DNA of 64,000 bases from Bacteroidota bacterium (GTDB lineage Bacteria > Bacteroidota > Ignavibacteria > UBA10030 > UBA6906): the NCBI GenBank assembly GCA_020846365.1, contig JADLEA010000197.1, forward strand, positions 9,584 through 73,583. The letters run 5' to 3'. The first letter of the stretch is position 1. Each line of letters begins with the position of its first letter. The translations under genes and the position numbers were made by a program. This document shows, piece by piece, positions 9,632-19,775 of this stretch. The notes under the pieces were generated by a model. That model made no database searches. It was given only the letters and a program-made list of their open reading frames with translations, and was not told where the DNA came from.

Positions 9632-10729
9632 ATGTTCAGTAAGAGAATGCCGCTCATAGGATTCGTTTCCGTTGTCGCCGCGGGAGCCGGACTGATGTTC
9701 CTGCAGGGATGCGGAGGATCCGCGGAAGGCCACGGGTTCTCCATGCCACCCATGCCCGTCGAAGTCAGTAACGTCGTCGTGGAAAAGGTGGAGGACAAGT
9801 TCGAGGCCATTGGAACGATCGAGGCGATCGAGGCGATTACCGTCGTGGGAGAAATCGACGCCGCGGTGAAGAGTCTACCCTTCAAAGAAGGGAGCACCAT
9901 TCCCAGGGGCGGCCTCATCGCCCAGCTCGACGATGCGCAGCTCGCCGCCGAGGTCGCGCGGGCTGAGGCACTCCGGGCGCAGAGCCAGGCCACCTACCAG
10001 CGGGTAAAGAGCGTGGTGGATCAGGGTGCCGGAGCGCCGCAGGATCTGGACGACGCGGCGGCCGCGCTGAAGGTGGCAGACGCAAACCTGGACGTAGCCC
10101 GGGCACGGTTTGACAAGACAAGAGTTGTGGCGCCGTTCCAGGGCATCATCGGTGCCCGCCGGGTCAGCGTCGGTACGTTTCTCAGAGCCGGACAGGTGAT
10201 TGCTGACCTCGCGGATATCAGTCAGATTCGCGTGATCTTTTCTGCACCGGAACGATTCCTCTCGAAACTCACCCCGGGAGCCACCGTCACAGTCTCCAGT
10301 CCGGCCTTCCCTGGCTCGCATCTCAACGGACGCATCACCGTGATTGAGCCGATCATAGACCCGACCACCCGGAGCGCACGCATCGTTGCACAAGTGCAGA
10401 ATGTCGGCCTCAAGTACCGTCCGGGCATGTCCGCGAACGTTTCCGCCGTCTTGGGCGCGCGCCCAGACGCCATGACGATCCCCAGCGAAGCGGTGTTCGG
10501 CAGCGGCGATCAGTCCTTTGCCTTCGTGGTGAACCCCGATAGCACCGTCGCCCGCGCCGTGCTGACACTGGGCACCAGGTCCGCGAAATCCGTGGAGGTG
10601 CTGGAAGGGCTCAAGCCCGGTATGGTCGTCGTGCGGGCAGGGCACCAGAAGCTGTTCGAGGGGGGGAAGGTCTTCCCGATGATGAGCGAGCCCCCTGCCG
10701 GGAACGGCACAACACCCAAGGGGAACTAG
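9632..10729 (+). CDS. Efflux RND transporter periplasmic adaptor subunit (membrane fusion protein)
   Basis: A lipoprotein-type signal is present (…LMFLQGCGGS). The protein has HlyD/AcrA-like coiled-coil and beta-barrel regions. A GGAG ribosome-binding site lies upstream. Confidence 0.85.
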   Translation: MFSKRMPLIGFVSVVAAGAGLMFLQGCGGSAEGHGFSMPPMPVEVSNVVVEKVEDKFEAIGTIEAIEAITVVGEIDAAVKSLPFKEGSTIPRGGLIAQLDDAQLAAEVARAEALRAQSQATYQRVKSVVDQGAGAPQDLDDAAAALKVADANLDVARARFDKTRVVAPFQGIIGARRVSVGTFLRAGQVIADLADISQIRVIFSAPERFLSKLTPGATVTVSSPAFPGSHLNGRITVIEPIIDPTTRSARIVAQVQNVGLKYRPGMSANVSAVLGARPDAMTIPSEAVFGSGDQSFAFVVNPDSTVARAVLTLGTRSAKSVEVLEGLKPGMVVVRAGHQKLFEGGKVFPMMSEPPAGNGTTPKGN

Positions 10730-10733
10730 CGTT

Positions 10734-13700
10734 ATGAAGATCAGCACCATATCCATTCAGCGTCCGGTCTTTGCGACCGTGATGAGCTTCGGCATCCTCC
10801 TGTTCGGCATCATCTCGTTCTCCCGGCTCCCCGTGCGCGAGTATCCGGACATCGATCCGCCTATTATCTCTGTCGTCACCTTCTACCGCGGCGCGAGTCC
10901 AAACGTCGTGGAAACCGAAATTACGAACGTCCTGGAAGAGCAGTTTGCGACCCTGGAGGGCGTCAAGACCATGACGTCGTCCAGTCGTGAACAGGGCTCT
11001 GTCATCACCATCGAGTTTGAATTGAACAGGGTGGTGGATGAGGCGGCGAATGACGTGCGGGACCGGGTATCACGTGTGCGCGGCAGCCTCCCGCGCGAGA
11101 TTGAAGATCCGGTGATCTCCAAGGTCGACGTCAATGCCCAGCCCATCGTCTGGCTCGCCCTTTCGAGTCCGGAACACAACGGACTGGAGCTCACCGACAT
11201 TGCGGACCGCGTGTTGAAGGAACGCATCCAGCGCCTCACCGGCGTGGGGTCGGTGTTTATCGGCGGTGAACGGCGCTATGCCATGCGCGTCTGGCTGGAT
11301 CCCTTGCGCATGGCTGCACACGGTCTCACGACGCAGGATATTGAGTCCTCGATCCGGAGAGAGAATGCCGAGATCCCCGGAGGACGCGTGGAAGGGGTGG
11401 AGCGCGAATTCTCCGTCCGCACGCGGGGAGAGCTGACCACACCCGAGGAATTCGGCGCGATCATCATCTCCCGGAACAACGATGATATTGTGCGGTTGCG
11501 CGATGTTGCGGAAGTGCAGGTGGGCGCCGAGGACGAACGGACCGTGGCACGGTACAACGGTCAGACTGCCGTAGGGCTCGGAATCGTGAAACAGTCCAAG
11601 GCAAGCACGGTGGATGTCGCGGCGGAAGTGCGGAAAGCGATGCCCGAGCTGGCGACGCTCCTTCCTGCGGGAATGCGATTGGATCTCGCATACGATTCCT
11701 CCACCTTCATCAACGAATCGATCAACGAAGTAGTCGAATCGCTCATCATCGCCGTCTGTCTCGTGGTCCTCGTCGTGCTGGCATTTCTGAAAAGCCTGCG
11801 GGCAACGGCTATTCCCACGGTGGCCATCCCCATCTCCATCATCGGCGCCCTGACGGTCGTGTACTTTGCAGGATTCACCATCAATATCCTGACGCTCCTG
11901 GCGCTCGTGCTCGCCATCGGTCTCGTCGTGGATGACGCGATTGTCGTGCTCGAGAATATCTACCGTCACATCGAACTGGGCAAGGACAGAAGGCGTGCGG
12001 CATTTGACGGGAGCAAGGAAATCGGCTTTGCCGTCGTCGCTACCACCATCACACTCGTCGCCGTCTTCGTGCCGCTGGCCTTCCTGACCGGCTCCGTGGG
12101 ACGGCTCTTCAACGAGTTCGGGATTACGCTTGCGGTCGCCGTTTTGATCTCGGGCTTCGTTGCGCTTACGCTCTCGCCGATGCTCTCGTCGAAGATCCTC
12201 CGACCGTTGCATGGCACGAGCGCACGATGGTCTTCGCGCTCCTTCGATGAGTTCTTTGACTGGCTCGACGACATCTACGGCAAGGCGTTGCGCTTCAGCC
12301 TGAGACACAAAGCTTTGATGATCACGGGAGGAGTTGCCACCATCGCGTTGAGCGTTTTGCTCTTCCGCATGCTCCCCAGCGAGCTCGTGCCTGTGGAAGA
12401 CCGCGGCGTGGGGTTCGGGATCGTCATCGCCCCTGAGGGCGCGACGCTCGAATACACCGACAAATACATGCGCCAGGTGGAACAGCGCGTGCTCGGACTG
12501 CCGGAACGCCGCGGGCTCTTTTCCGCCATTGGACTTTCGTTTGGCGGCCCGGGGCGCGTCACCAACGGCTTCATGTTTCTGGCGCTTAAACCGATGGGGG
12601 AGCGCGACAAGAGCCAGCAGCAAATCGTGCAGGAGCTGTTTCCTCAACTCCTGGCAATCCCCGGCGTCCTCGCTTTCGTCATCAATCCGCCCAGCCTGGG
12701 AGGATCCGTTAGCTTCAGTCCGGTGCAGTATGTGCTGCAGGCCGAGACATACGAAGAACTGAGCCAGGCAGTGGGAATCATGATGGGTGAGGCGTCCAAA
12801 CTCGGCTATCTGGTCAACATGGATACCGATCTGCGGCTGAACAAACCGCAGTTGGACCTGAACATTGACCGGGAACGTGCGGCCGGGCTCGGCGTTTCGG
12901 TGACCGATATCGGCACGACGCTCGAGACGATGCTGGGTGGCCGGGAAGTGACGACGTTCAAACGCGGGACCAAGCAGTATGACGTTGTCCTCCAGATGAC
13001 CCCATCCGCCCGCGCAACACCCGATGCCATCCGGGAGATCTATGTGCGCGGGACAGCCGGCCTCGTGCAGCTCGCAAATGTCGTCCACGTGGATGAAACG
13101 CTCGGCCCGAAAGAGCTCAATCACTACAACAGAGTGCGGTCGGCCACCCTGACGGCACAGCTTGTCCCGGGCGTGAGTCTGGGTCAGGCCCTCGACGATC
13201 TCGACCGCATCGTGGCGGAAAAGCTGCCCGCGGGCGTGAAGAGGGATTTTGCGGGCCAGTCACTCGAGTACAAGACCTCCAGCACAAGCCTGTACTTCAT
13301 GTTTGTGCTCGCCGTCATTTTCATCTACCTGGTGCTCGCGGCACAGTTCGAGAGCTTTGTCCACCCGTTCACCATCCTCCTGGCAGTCCCGTTGGCCGTG
13401 TTCGGAGCGTTGCTGACACTCTTCATCTTCGGACAGTCGCTCAACATCTACTCGCAGATCGGGCTGATCATGCTCGTGGGGCTCGTCACGAAGAACTCAA
13501 TCCTGATCGTAGAGTTCTCCAACCAGCTCCGAAGGCAGGGGAAGGCTCTCCTTGACGCCGTTATCGAGGCGGCGACAATCCGGCTGCGGCCGATCCTGAT
13601 GACCTCCTTCTCAACCACCTTCGGCGTTCTGCCCATTGCTCTGGGGCTCGGAGCGGGAGGTGAGTCGAGAACCCCCCTGGGCCTGGCCATCGTGGGCGGG

Positions 13701-13871
13701 GTGCTCTTTTCCACATTCCTGACACTTCTGCTCGTCCCCGTGTTGTACACGCTGCTCGCCCGCTTCACTCGGGCGTCGCATGTGGTTGACGAAGGCGCTG
13801 AGGAGGTCGAGAGGGAGGTCGCGGCAGACCGGCTCGTGAGAGTCCCCGTACCAGAGAAGGCCGGGGCGTAG
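10734..13871 (+). CDS. Efflux RND transporter permease subunit (AcrB/CusA superfamily), 1045 aa
   Basis: It shows 12-TM RND topology with the conserved VVDDAIVVLENIYRH motif and large periplasmic loops. It lies 5 nt downstream of the adaptor gene. Confidence 0.9.
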   Translation: MKISTISIQRPVFATVMSFGILLFGIISFSRLPVREYPDIDPPIISVVTFYRGASPNVVETEITNVLEEQFATLEGVKTMTSSSREQGSVITIEFELNRVVDEAANDVRDRVSRVRGSLPREIEDPVISKVDVNAQPIVWLALSSPEHNGLELTDIADRVLKERIQRLTGVGSVFIGGERRYAMRVWLDPLRMAAHGLTTQDIESSIRRENAEIPGGRVEGVEREFSVRTRGELTTPEEFGAIIISRNNDDIVRLRDVAEVQVGAEDERTVARYNGQTAVGLGIVKQSKASTVDVAAEVRKAMPELATLLPAGMRLDLAYDSSTFINESINEVVESLIIAVCLVVLVVLAFLKSLRATAIPTVAIPISIIGALTVVYFAGFTINILTLLALVLAIGLVVDDAIVVLENIYRHIELGKDRRRAAFDGSKEIGFAVVATTITLVAVFVPLAFLTGSVGRLFNEFGITLAVAVLISGFVALTLSPMLSSKILRPLHGTSARWSSRSFDEFFDWLDDIYGKALRFSLRHKALMITGGVATIALSVLLFRMLPSELVPVEDRGVGFGIVIAPEGATLEYTDKYMRQVEQRVLGLPERRGLFSAIGLSFGGPGRVTNGFMFLALKPMGERDKSQQQIVQELFPQLLAIPGVLAFVINPPSLGGSVSFSPVQYVLQAETYEELSQAVGIMMGEASKLGYLVNMDTDLRLNKPQLDLNIDRERAAGLGVSVTDIGTTLETMLGGREVTTFKRGTKQYDVVLQMTPSARATPDAIREIYVRGTAGLVQLANVVHVDETLGPKELNHYNRVRSATLTAQLVPGVSLGQALDDLDRIVAEKLPAGVKRDFAGQSLEYKTSSTSLYFMFVLAVIFIYLVLAAQFESFVHPFTILLAVPLAVFGALLTLFIFGQSLNIYSQIGLIMLVGLVTKNSILIVEFSNQLRRQGKALLDAVIEAATIRLRPILMTSFSTTFGVLPIALGLGAGGESRTPLGLAIVGGVLFSTFLTLLLVPVLYTLLARFTRASHVVDEGAEEVEREVAADRLVRVPVPEKAGA

Positions 13872-14192
13872 GGTAAGAGGAAGACGCATACGCACGCGTG
13901 CTGTGTGGCGAAAGGAAATGAACATGCCGGCTTCGCTGATCAAGTGGCGCGGCCGGCATGAGTGTTTTTGCCCGCCTTCATGCCAAAACGCCTGGCGGAA
14001 CGGTCAGCTGCACGGCCCTCGTGCCCTATACAAACGATGTGAATGCCTCCATGGCAAACCCCTCAGCCCCAGACCTCTCACATGGCGGGGATGTGCGCGC
14101 ACCCTTGCCGCCTGCCCCTGTTGCGCAGAAGAACGGATGTCCGTACCTTTTGAACACACTTCCTATCGCACAACGTTCTCATCCGGCGCAGT

Positions 14193-14855
14193 ATGAAACC
14201 TGAGTCCACGTCATTGCGCACTCGCCCTGATCGCCGACCGCCCCAACCCGCAACAACGACCCTGCTCGTACGGAATATGGTATGCGACCGGTGCATCAAG
14301 GTTGTCCGCGATGAGCTTCAACGTCTGGGTCTGGATGTTCGCAGCATCACTCTCGGGGAAGTCGTTGTGACGGGAACGTTGGATTCCCGCAGAACGGGGG
14401 AGGTGAAAGAAGTGCTGCGGCAGAACGGGTTCGAACTCATCGAGGACAAGAGGACCAAAACAATCGAGCGGATCAGACACGCGGTGCTGAAGCTCGTCAG
14501 GGAAGAGCGGCAGACGAACGACCAACCGGCCAAGACCTCGGCCTTCATCGCCCGTGAACTCGGGCAGGAGTACCAGAGTCTGAGCGCGCTCTTTTCCACG
14601 ATGGAAGGCATGACGATTGAACAGTATGCCATCCTGCAACGCATCGAGCTGGTCAAAGAACTCCTGAAGTACGGAGAGCTTACCCTCAGCGAGATCTCCT
14701 ACAAAGTCGGTTATAGCAGTGTCCAGCACCTTTCGAACCAGTTCAAGAAAGTTACAGGTCTGACTCCCAGCCAGTTCAAACAGCTGGTCAGGAACACGCG
14801 TAAACCGCTGGACAGGGTTTCCTCCTCTTCAGAAACCTCCCGCGACCCGCAGTAG
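14193..14855 (+). CDS. AraC-family transcriptional regulator with an N-terminal HMA-like metal-binding domain
   Basis: The N-terminal TLLVRNMVCDRCIKVVRDELQRLGLDV has an MxCxxC ferredoxin-like HMA signature. The C-terminal half has the two AraC HTH motifs (LSEISYKVGYSSVQHLSNQFKKVTGLTPSQFK). Confidence 0.7.
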   Translation: MKPESTSLRTRPDRRPPQPATTTLLVRNMVCDRCIKVVRDELQRLGLDVRSITLGEVVVTGTLDSRRTGEVKEVLRQNGFELIEDKRTKTIERIRHAVLKLVREERQTNDQPAKTSAFIARELGQEYQSLSALFSTMEGMTIEQYAILQRIELVKELLKYGELTLSEISYKVGYSSVQHLSNQFKKVTGLTPSQFKQLVRNTRKPLDRVSSSSETSRDPQ

Positions 14856-14951
14856 CTCTCCGAACGGGTATTAAAGAATCCTGAAATTGTATAACGCCTT
14901 CGGGGCTTGCCGACCGTATATTGGTGGTGTAACCATCAATGAGGAGAGAGT

Positions 14952-17219
14952 ATGAAGGCGGCGACACAAGAGAAAGCGAAAACCATCAGCCTCCCGGTGG
15001 AAGGGATGACGTGCGCCAGCTGCGTATTGCGCGTGGAAAAAGCCCTGAAAGAGGTGGAGGGGGTCCAGGACGCGGCAGTTAACCTTGCGTCCGAAAAAGC
15101 CAGGATCACCTACGACCCCTCGATTGCGTCGGTTCAGGCCCTCCGGAAGGCGGTTGAGGATAAGGGATACACCCTCGTTGTTCCGGATGAGAGCCCCGGG
15201 GCCGGCAAGGAACGCCCGGGGGGCACTCCCGATACCGTCTCGGCTTCCAAAGGGGAGGCGTTCAAGAAGCTGAGATCCGACACGATCCTGAGCGCAGCCC
15301 TGGCGCTGCCGATCATGGTCCTGAGCATGGTCAGCATGACCGACTGGTACATGCGCCAGGCACCGCTCTCCATGGAGACCACCAACAGGATTCTGTTTCT
15401 GCTCACCTCTGTCGTCATGTTCGTTCCTGGCAGGAGATTCTTCAAGAGTCTCTGGACGAACGTTCGCCATCGCACGGCCGACATGAACACGCTGGTCGCC
15501 GTCGGCACGGGCGCAGCGTACCTGTATAGCACGCTGGTAGTTCTTTTCCCTGAGGTTCTGGGCTCGTTCGGAAATGCGCACGAGGTGTACTTCGACACCG
15601 CGGCAACCATCATCACGCTGATCCTTTTCGGCAAGTTGATGGAGGCATCGGCGAAGCGGCGCGCCTCCGACGCAATCCGGAAACTGCTTGCCCTGCAACC
15701 GAACGTCGCGCGGGTACTCAGGGACGGGATCGAAACGGAGATTCCCATCGCGGATGTCGCTGTTGGCGATGTGATCCTGGTGCGCCCGGGAGAACGTATT
15801 CCTGTGGACGGCGTCATCACCAGGGGATTCTCCGTCATCGACGAATCGATGATGACAGGAGAGAGTCTTCCCGTCGAGAAGAAGGCAGGGGAGCGAGTGG
15901 TGGGCGGGACTGTGAATCTGAACGGCAGCATGGAGTTCAGGACAACCGCAATCGGCAAGGATTCTGTTCTTGCCCGCATCATCAGCCTGGTGGAAGACGC
16001 GCAGGGATCCAAGGCTCCCGTGCAGGGCCTTGCTGACAAAATTGCTTCGGTGTTTGTCCCTGCCGTCATCGCGATTGCGGCAATCACCTTCGTGCTCTGG
16101 TACACCGTGGGCGGGCTTCCGTTCACGCCCGCGCTCATCAACTTCATCGCGGTGCTCATCATTGCGTGTCCCTGTGCACTCGGGCTGGCGACTCCGACGG
16201 CAATCATGGTTGGGACGGGCGTGGGTGCGCGGATGGGAATTCTCATCAGGGATGCGGAAAGCCTCGAACGCACCCGCGAGGTCCGTACCGTGGTGTTCGA
16301 CAAAACCGGAACGCTTACCATGGGCAAACCCGAAGTGACCGGCGTCATCCCGCTGAACGGAACCACAGCGTCGCACCTTCTCACCATGGCCGCGTCAGCG
16401 GAGCGCCTGTCCGAGCATCCGCTCGCCCGTGCGATCGTCCGGTCGGCGGAACGCGATGGGATTCAACTCGAAGAAGCCGGCGCATTTCAGTCCATCACCG
16501 GCCTCGGCGTTGCGGCAGACATTCATGGAACGCCCGTGCTTGTCGGTAATCTCCCCTTCATGAAGGAGTATGCCATTCGGAGCGGTCCCGAAGTGGAAGC
16601 GGAAGTGATGCGCGCCGCGGCCCGAGGGGAAACTTCGGTGGTGGTCGCCATTGATGGCACCGTTGCGGGAGTGATTGCGATGGGAGACACGCTCCGGCCG
16701 ACATCCCCTGAGGCCATTCGCGCGCTTCAGGCTATGGGCCTGGAAACCGTGCTCCTTACCGGCGATAACGAGACGGCGGCGAAGGTCATAGCTGCAGGGG
16801 CCGGGATCGACACGGTGATTGCGGGAGTCCTGCCCGAGCAGAAGGCCGGGCATATCAAGGCACTCCAGAGCCGCGGAAAGATCGTGGCCATGGTGGGAGA
16901 TGGCATCAATGACGCGCCCGCGCTGGCGCAGGCAGACATCGGGATAGCGATCGGAACCGGGACCGACGTGGCCATGGAGACAGCGGGGATTACGCTCATG
17001 AACGGAGATCTCAGCGGGGTCGCCCGCGCATTCCGGCTCTCAGGCCGCACACTGCGGACGATCAAGCAGAATCTCTTCTGGGCCTTTATCTACAACGTCA
17101 TCGGGATTCCTCTTGCGGCCCTGGGAATGCTGAACCCCATGCTCGCTGCGTTCGCCATGGCATTCAGCTCCGTGAGTGTCGTCAGCAACTCGCTCCGCCT
17201 GAAGCGGTTAGGGGGTTGA
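14952..17219 (+). CDS. copA: Copper-translocating P1B-type ATPase
   Basis: The N-terminal HMA domain reads [15 protein letters not shown]. The CPC transmembrane motif is [12 protein letters not shown]. The phosphorylation site is DKTGTLT and the hinge is [21 protein letters not shown] ribosome-binding site is present. Confidence 0.9.
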   Translation: MKAATQEKAKTISLPVEGMTCASCVLRVEKALKEVEGVQDAAVNLASEKARITYDPSIASVQALRKAVEDKGYTLVVPDESPGAGKERPGGTPDTVSASKGEAFKKLRSDTILSAALALPIMVLSMVSMTDWYMRQAPLSMETTNRILFLLTSVVMFVPGRRFFKSLWTNVRHRTADMNTLVAVGTGAAYLYSTLVVLFPEVLGSFGNAHEVYFDTAATIITLILFGKLMEASAKRRASDAIRKLLALQPNVARVLRDGIETEIPIADVAVGDVILVRPGERIPVDGVITRGFSVIDESMMTGESLPVEKKAGERVVGGTVNLNGSMEFRTTAIGKDSVLARIISLVEDAQGSKAPVQGLADKIASVFVPAVIAIAAITFVLWYTVGGLPFTPALINFIAVLIIACPCALGLATPTAIMVGTGVGARMGILIRDAESLERTREVRTVVFDKTGTLTMGKPEVTGVIPLNGTTASHLLTMAASAERLSEHPLARAIVRSAERDGIQLEEAGAFQSITGLGVAADIHGTPVLVGNLPFMKEYAIRSGPEVEAEVMRAAARGETSVVVAIDGTVAGVIAMGDTLRPTSPEAIRALQAMGLETVLLTGDNETAAKVIAAGAGIDTVIAGVLPEQKAGHIKALQSRGKIVAMVGDGINDAPALAQADIGIAIGTGTDVAMETAGITLMNGDLSGVARAFRLSGRTLRTIKQNLFWAFIYNVIGIPLAALGMLNPMLAAFAMAFSSVSVVSNSLRLKRLGG

Positions 17220-17225
17220 GACCCC

Positions 17226-17264
17226 GGGCCCGCAACGGTGAAGCGTGCTCTCCCGATGCGGGCC
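17226..17264. terminator. GC-rich inverted repeat (GGGCCCGCA ... TGCGGGCC, 22-nt loop) between the convergent copA and GH92 genes; possible bidirectional terminator
   Basis: The stems are perfectly complementary and are visible in the sequence. There is no U-tract, so an intrinsic terminator function is uncertain. Confidence 0.25.
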
Positions 17265-17308
17265 ATGCTTGTGCTTGCAAGATGTGCTCGTGCGGCATGC
17301 TCGTCGCG

Positions 17309-19543
17309 TTACTGCCGGCGGTCACCTGGAATCAGGAACTCGAGTGTTCCACCCTGTACAAGCTGTTCATGCCGGACAGCGGGTACCGGCAGCGGAGTGC
17401 CGTTCCAGATCGCCGCCGCGCCGGTTACGGGTGAATCGGGTCGTATCGCCTTGTGTATTCTCAGCGTATGCTGCCCGCCGTGCTGGTCCATGAGATCGAG
17501 TTCCACGGATTCGAAGAGCGGCACGCCGAGTCTATATTCATTTGAAGCCGGACAAGCGGGGTAGATCCCGAGCGCTGAAAAGACGAACCATGCGGAAATT
17601 GCCCCCGCATCATCATTCCCCGGCAGGCCGTCCGGGCCGATGCCGAAAGCAGTTCTGCAGAGATTGTCGACGATCTCCTGCGTGCGATGCTCCCAGCCCG
17701 GGAAATAGGTGAAGAGGTACGGATATGCGATATCCGGTTCATTGTTGATGGTGAAATGGTTGAGCCGGAAACAGGAATCCAGTTTCGACGCACACCGGTC
17801 TGTGCTGCCGAAGAGGTTGGCGAGGCCGGCAACGTCATGGGGAACAAACCATGTGTATGTCCACGCGTTTCCTTCGACATATCCAGGGCCTCCCGACCCT
17901 TCCCAGCTGCCGGATCCCTCGGTGGCGAGCGGATTAAACGGTACGAGCCAGGAACCGTTGCGAAGGCGTGGACGCAGGAACCCTGTTTCGTGATCGAAGA
18001 GATTCACATACAGGCCCGAACGCCGGTCCAGTGTCCCGGCCTGCTTCTGCTTGCCCATCGCATCTGCGACGCGCGCTGCGCTCCAATCGGCAACGCAGTA
18101 TTCCAGCATCGTTGAAACCGGCCCCCAGGTCCACCACGTCTGTGAAGTATCCTGATCGACGGGAATGAAACCCAATCGGACCATGTCATCGTAGCCCGGG
18201 CGGATGGAATCGGCTCCGGGTGTTGTCCCCTTCCAGAGAGCCGCGAACACGGCGGCTGTGTCGACACTGCGTAATCCCTTCATATAGGAGTCGGCGATCA
18301 CCGGCACGGCCGGATCGCCGACCATCATAGAGGTCTCGTTTCCACCCAGTTCCCATTTGGGCAGCCAGCCGGACTCAGTGTACATGTCCAGCATGGTCTG
18401 CACGATTGCAGTCTGACGCTCTGGATACAGAAGCGTGAGCAGAGGATGAAGGGTCCGATAGGTATCCCACAGGGAGAACACCGTATACCGGTTTCTCTGC
18501 CGGTATGTGCCGATCCCCTGGCGTCTCATCCTGGGGAATTCGCCGTTGACGTCGTCGATGATGTTCGGATGAATGCAGGAATGGTAGAGCGCGGTGAAGA
18601 GCTTGACGCGCGCTTCGCGGGAGCCACCGTGCGGTCTTACACGGTTCAGGACCGTGTTCCACGCCTGGCGGGATTCTGCGCGAACCTCGTCGAACGGTGT
18701 GTCGCCGATTTCTGTTTCCCTGTTCAGGCGGGCGTTTTGGGTGCTGACATAGGAGATGCCTGTGCGGACCTCGACGCTTTCTCCCTGTTTCAAAGAAAGC
18801 CGGAGCCAGGCACCGACCGGGCGTCCGTCGGCTGAAGCGGCGGGGTCGGGGAAAATTGTGGAATCAATCCATGTGCCTCTCGCGAGCGGAGTGGCTGAGA
18901 TGCGTACGGAGAAGAAAATGTCGTGACGGTTTGCTTCACCGCAGAAACCACCTCCGCGGTTCAAGCCCTCGAGGAGGGTCGTGTCCAGCCACGCAACGCT
19001 CCCGCCGCCAAGCAGACTCAGGCTCCGCCCGGCGTCAAGGAGGATGAAGACGTCGCCGTCAGTTTCCGCCTCAAACCGCGTTATCCCCGCTCTTTCGCTT
19101 GCCGTTGCAGAAACCCTGAGGTGCAGTCCGGGGAGACGCGCGGCATAGAACCCCGGCTCTGCGTGTTCATCCTCCATGGGTGTACGGTACATCTCGGGCG
19201 ACGTGCGAACCTGCCCCCGGGCGGCAGTGACGAGGACGCTGCCGAGATCTGCGCATCCGGTGCCGCTGAGGTGGACATGCCCCATGCCGTAGAACCAGGA
19301 CTCCCCATAGGTGTACCCCGAAGGGGTGAAGAGGTCGGTGTGCGGACTCACGGACACCATCCCCCATGGCCGCACCGCGCCGGGAAACGTGTTGCCGCCG
19401 CTCGTTGTCCCGACAAAAGGATTCACGTACTGGGACGGGTCTGCGGGATCGTGGGCCGAAGCGGGAAACAGGATGAAGAGGAGGACGATGCCGACCAGCA
19501 CAAGCGGGCCGGCGAACACAAAGGAAATGCCGCGTTGTTTCAT
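17309..19543 (-). CDS. Glycoside hydrolase family 92 (alpha-1,2-mannosidase-like), secreted
   Basis: The N-terminal VNPFVGTTSGGNTFPGAVRPWGMVSVSP matches the GH92 signature. A signal peptide follows the start MKQRGISFVFAGPLVLVGIVLLFILFPASA at 19543. An alternative start at 19558 is possible. Confidence 0.85.
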   Translation of the reverse strand: MKQRGISFVFAGPLVLVGIVLLFILFPASAHDPADPSQYVNPFVGTTSGGNTFPGAVRPWGMVSVSPHTDLFTPSGYTYGESWFYGMGHVHLSGTGCADLGSVLVTAARGQVRTSPEMYRTPMEDEHAEPGFYAARLPGLHLRVSATASERAGITRFEAETDGDVFILLDAGRSLSLLGGGSVAWLDTTLLEGLNRGGGFCGEANRHDIFFSVRISATPLARGTWIDSTIFPDPAASADGRPVGAWLRLSLKQGESVEVRTGISYVSTQNARLNRETEIGDTPFDEVRAESRQAWNTVLNRVRPHGGSREARVKLFTALYHSCIHPNIIDDVNGEFPRMRRQGIGTYRQRNRYTVFSLWDTYRTLHPLLTLLYPERQTAIVQTMLDMYTESGWLPKWELGGNETSMMVGDPAVPVIADSYMKGLRSVDTAAVFAALWKGTTPGADSIRPGYDDMVRLGFIPVDQDTSQTWWTWGPVSTMLEYCVADWSAARVADAMGKQKQAGTLDRRSGLYVNLFDHETGFLRPRLRNGSWLVPFNPLATEGSGSWEGSGGPGYVEGNAWTYTWFVPHDVAGLANLFGSTDRCASKLDSCFRLNHFTINNEPDIAYPYLFTYFPGWEHRTQEIVDNLCRTAFGIGPDGLPGNDDAGAISAWFVFSALGIYPACPASNEYRLGVPLFESVELDLMDQHGGQHTLRIHKAIRPDSPVTGAAAIWNGTPLPVPAVRHEQLVQGGTLEFLIPGDRRQ

Positions 19544-19775
19544 CAGGGGGTGCTCCATGCGGATGTGCGCGAGCTCCGGGAACCGTGCAACATCAGGGCG
19601 GTTTGCACGATCGCGACGGCCAGCGAATGGTCTTCCGGTCGCCGGCACCGGTTCCCGGCGCAAAGCCCGTTGTGTGTCCGAGTGTAGAAGAAAGAAAACA
19701 GAAAGTCAAACGAACGGTTGCTTGTGACGTGATTGCGTGATACCATACGGGCGTTTCTACGGACAGGAGGTATGC

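Noticed and set aside
11070-13124. 684-aa ORF on the minus strand inside the RND permease gene. Similar long antisense ORFs occur elsewhere, e.g. 14871-16376, 15134-16387, 22272-23381, 23763-24650, 31011-32978, 32755-34893, 36349-38202, 41084-42148, 46270-47472, 55366-57093, 57362-58555 and 63093-63950.
   Set aside because: These are shadow ORFs, which are typical of high-GC DNA. Each lies opposite a + strand gene with strong family-level homology. Their translations are low-complexity Arg/Gly/Pro/His-rich with no recognisable motifs.
13903-14196. 97-aa Cys-rich ORF (and the overlapping 13958-14203 ORF) in the 320-bp gap between the RND permease and the AraC-HMA regulator.
   Set aside because: There is no ribosome-binding site. 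The composition looks like GC-rich intergenic read-through. Cys codons (TGC) are frequent by chance in GC-rich sequence. No CxxC spacing matching a known metal-binding fold was found. The region is more plausibly the regulator/copA promoter region.
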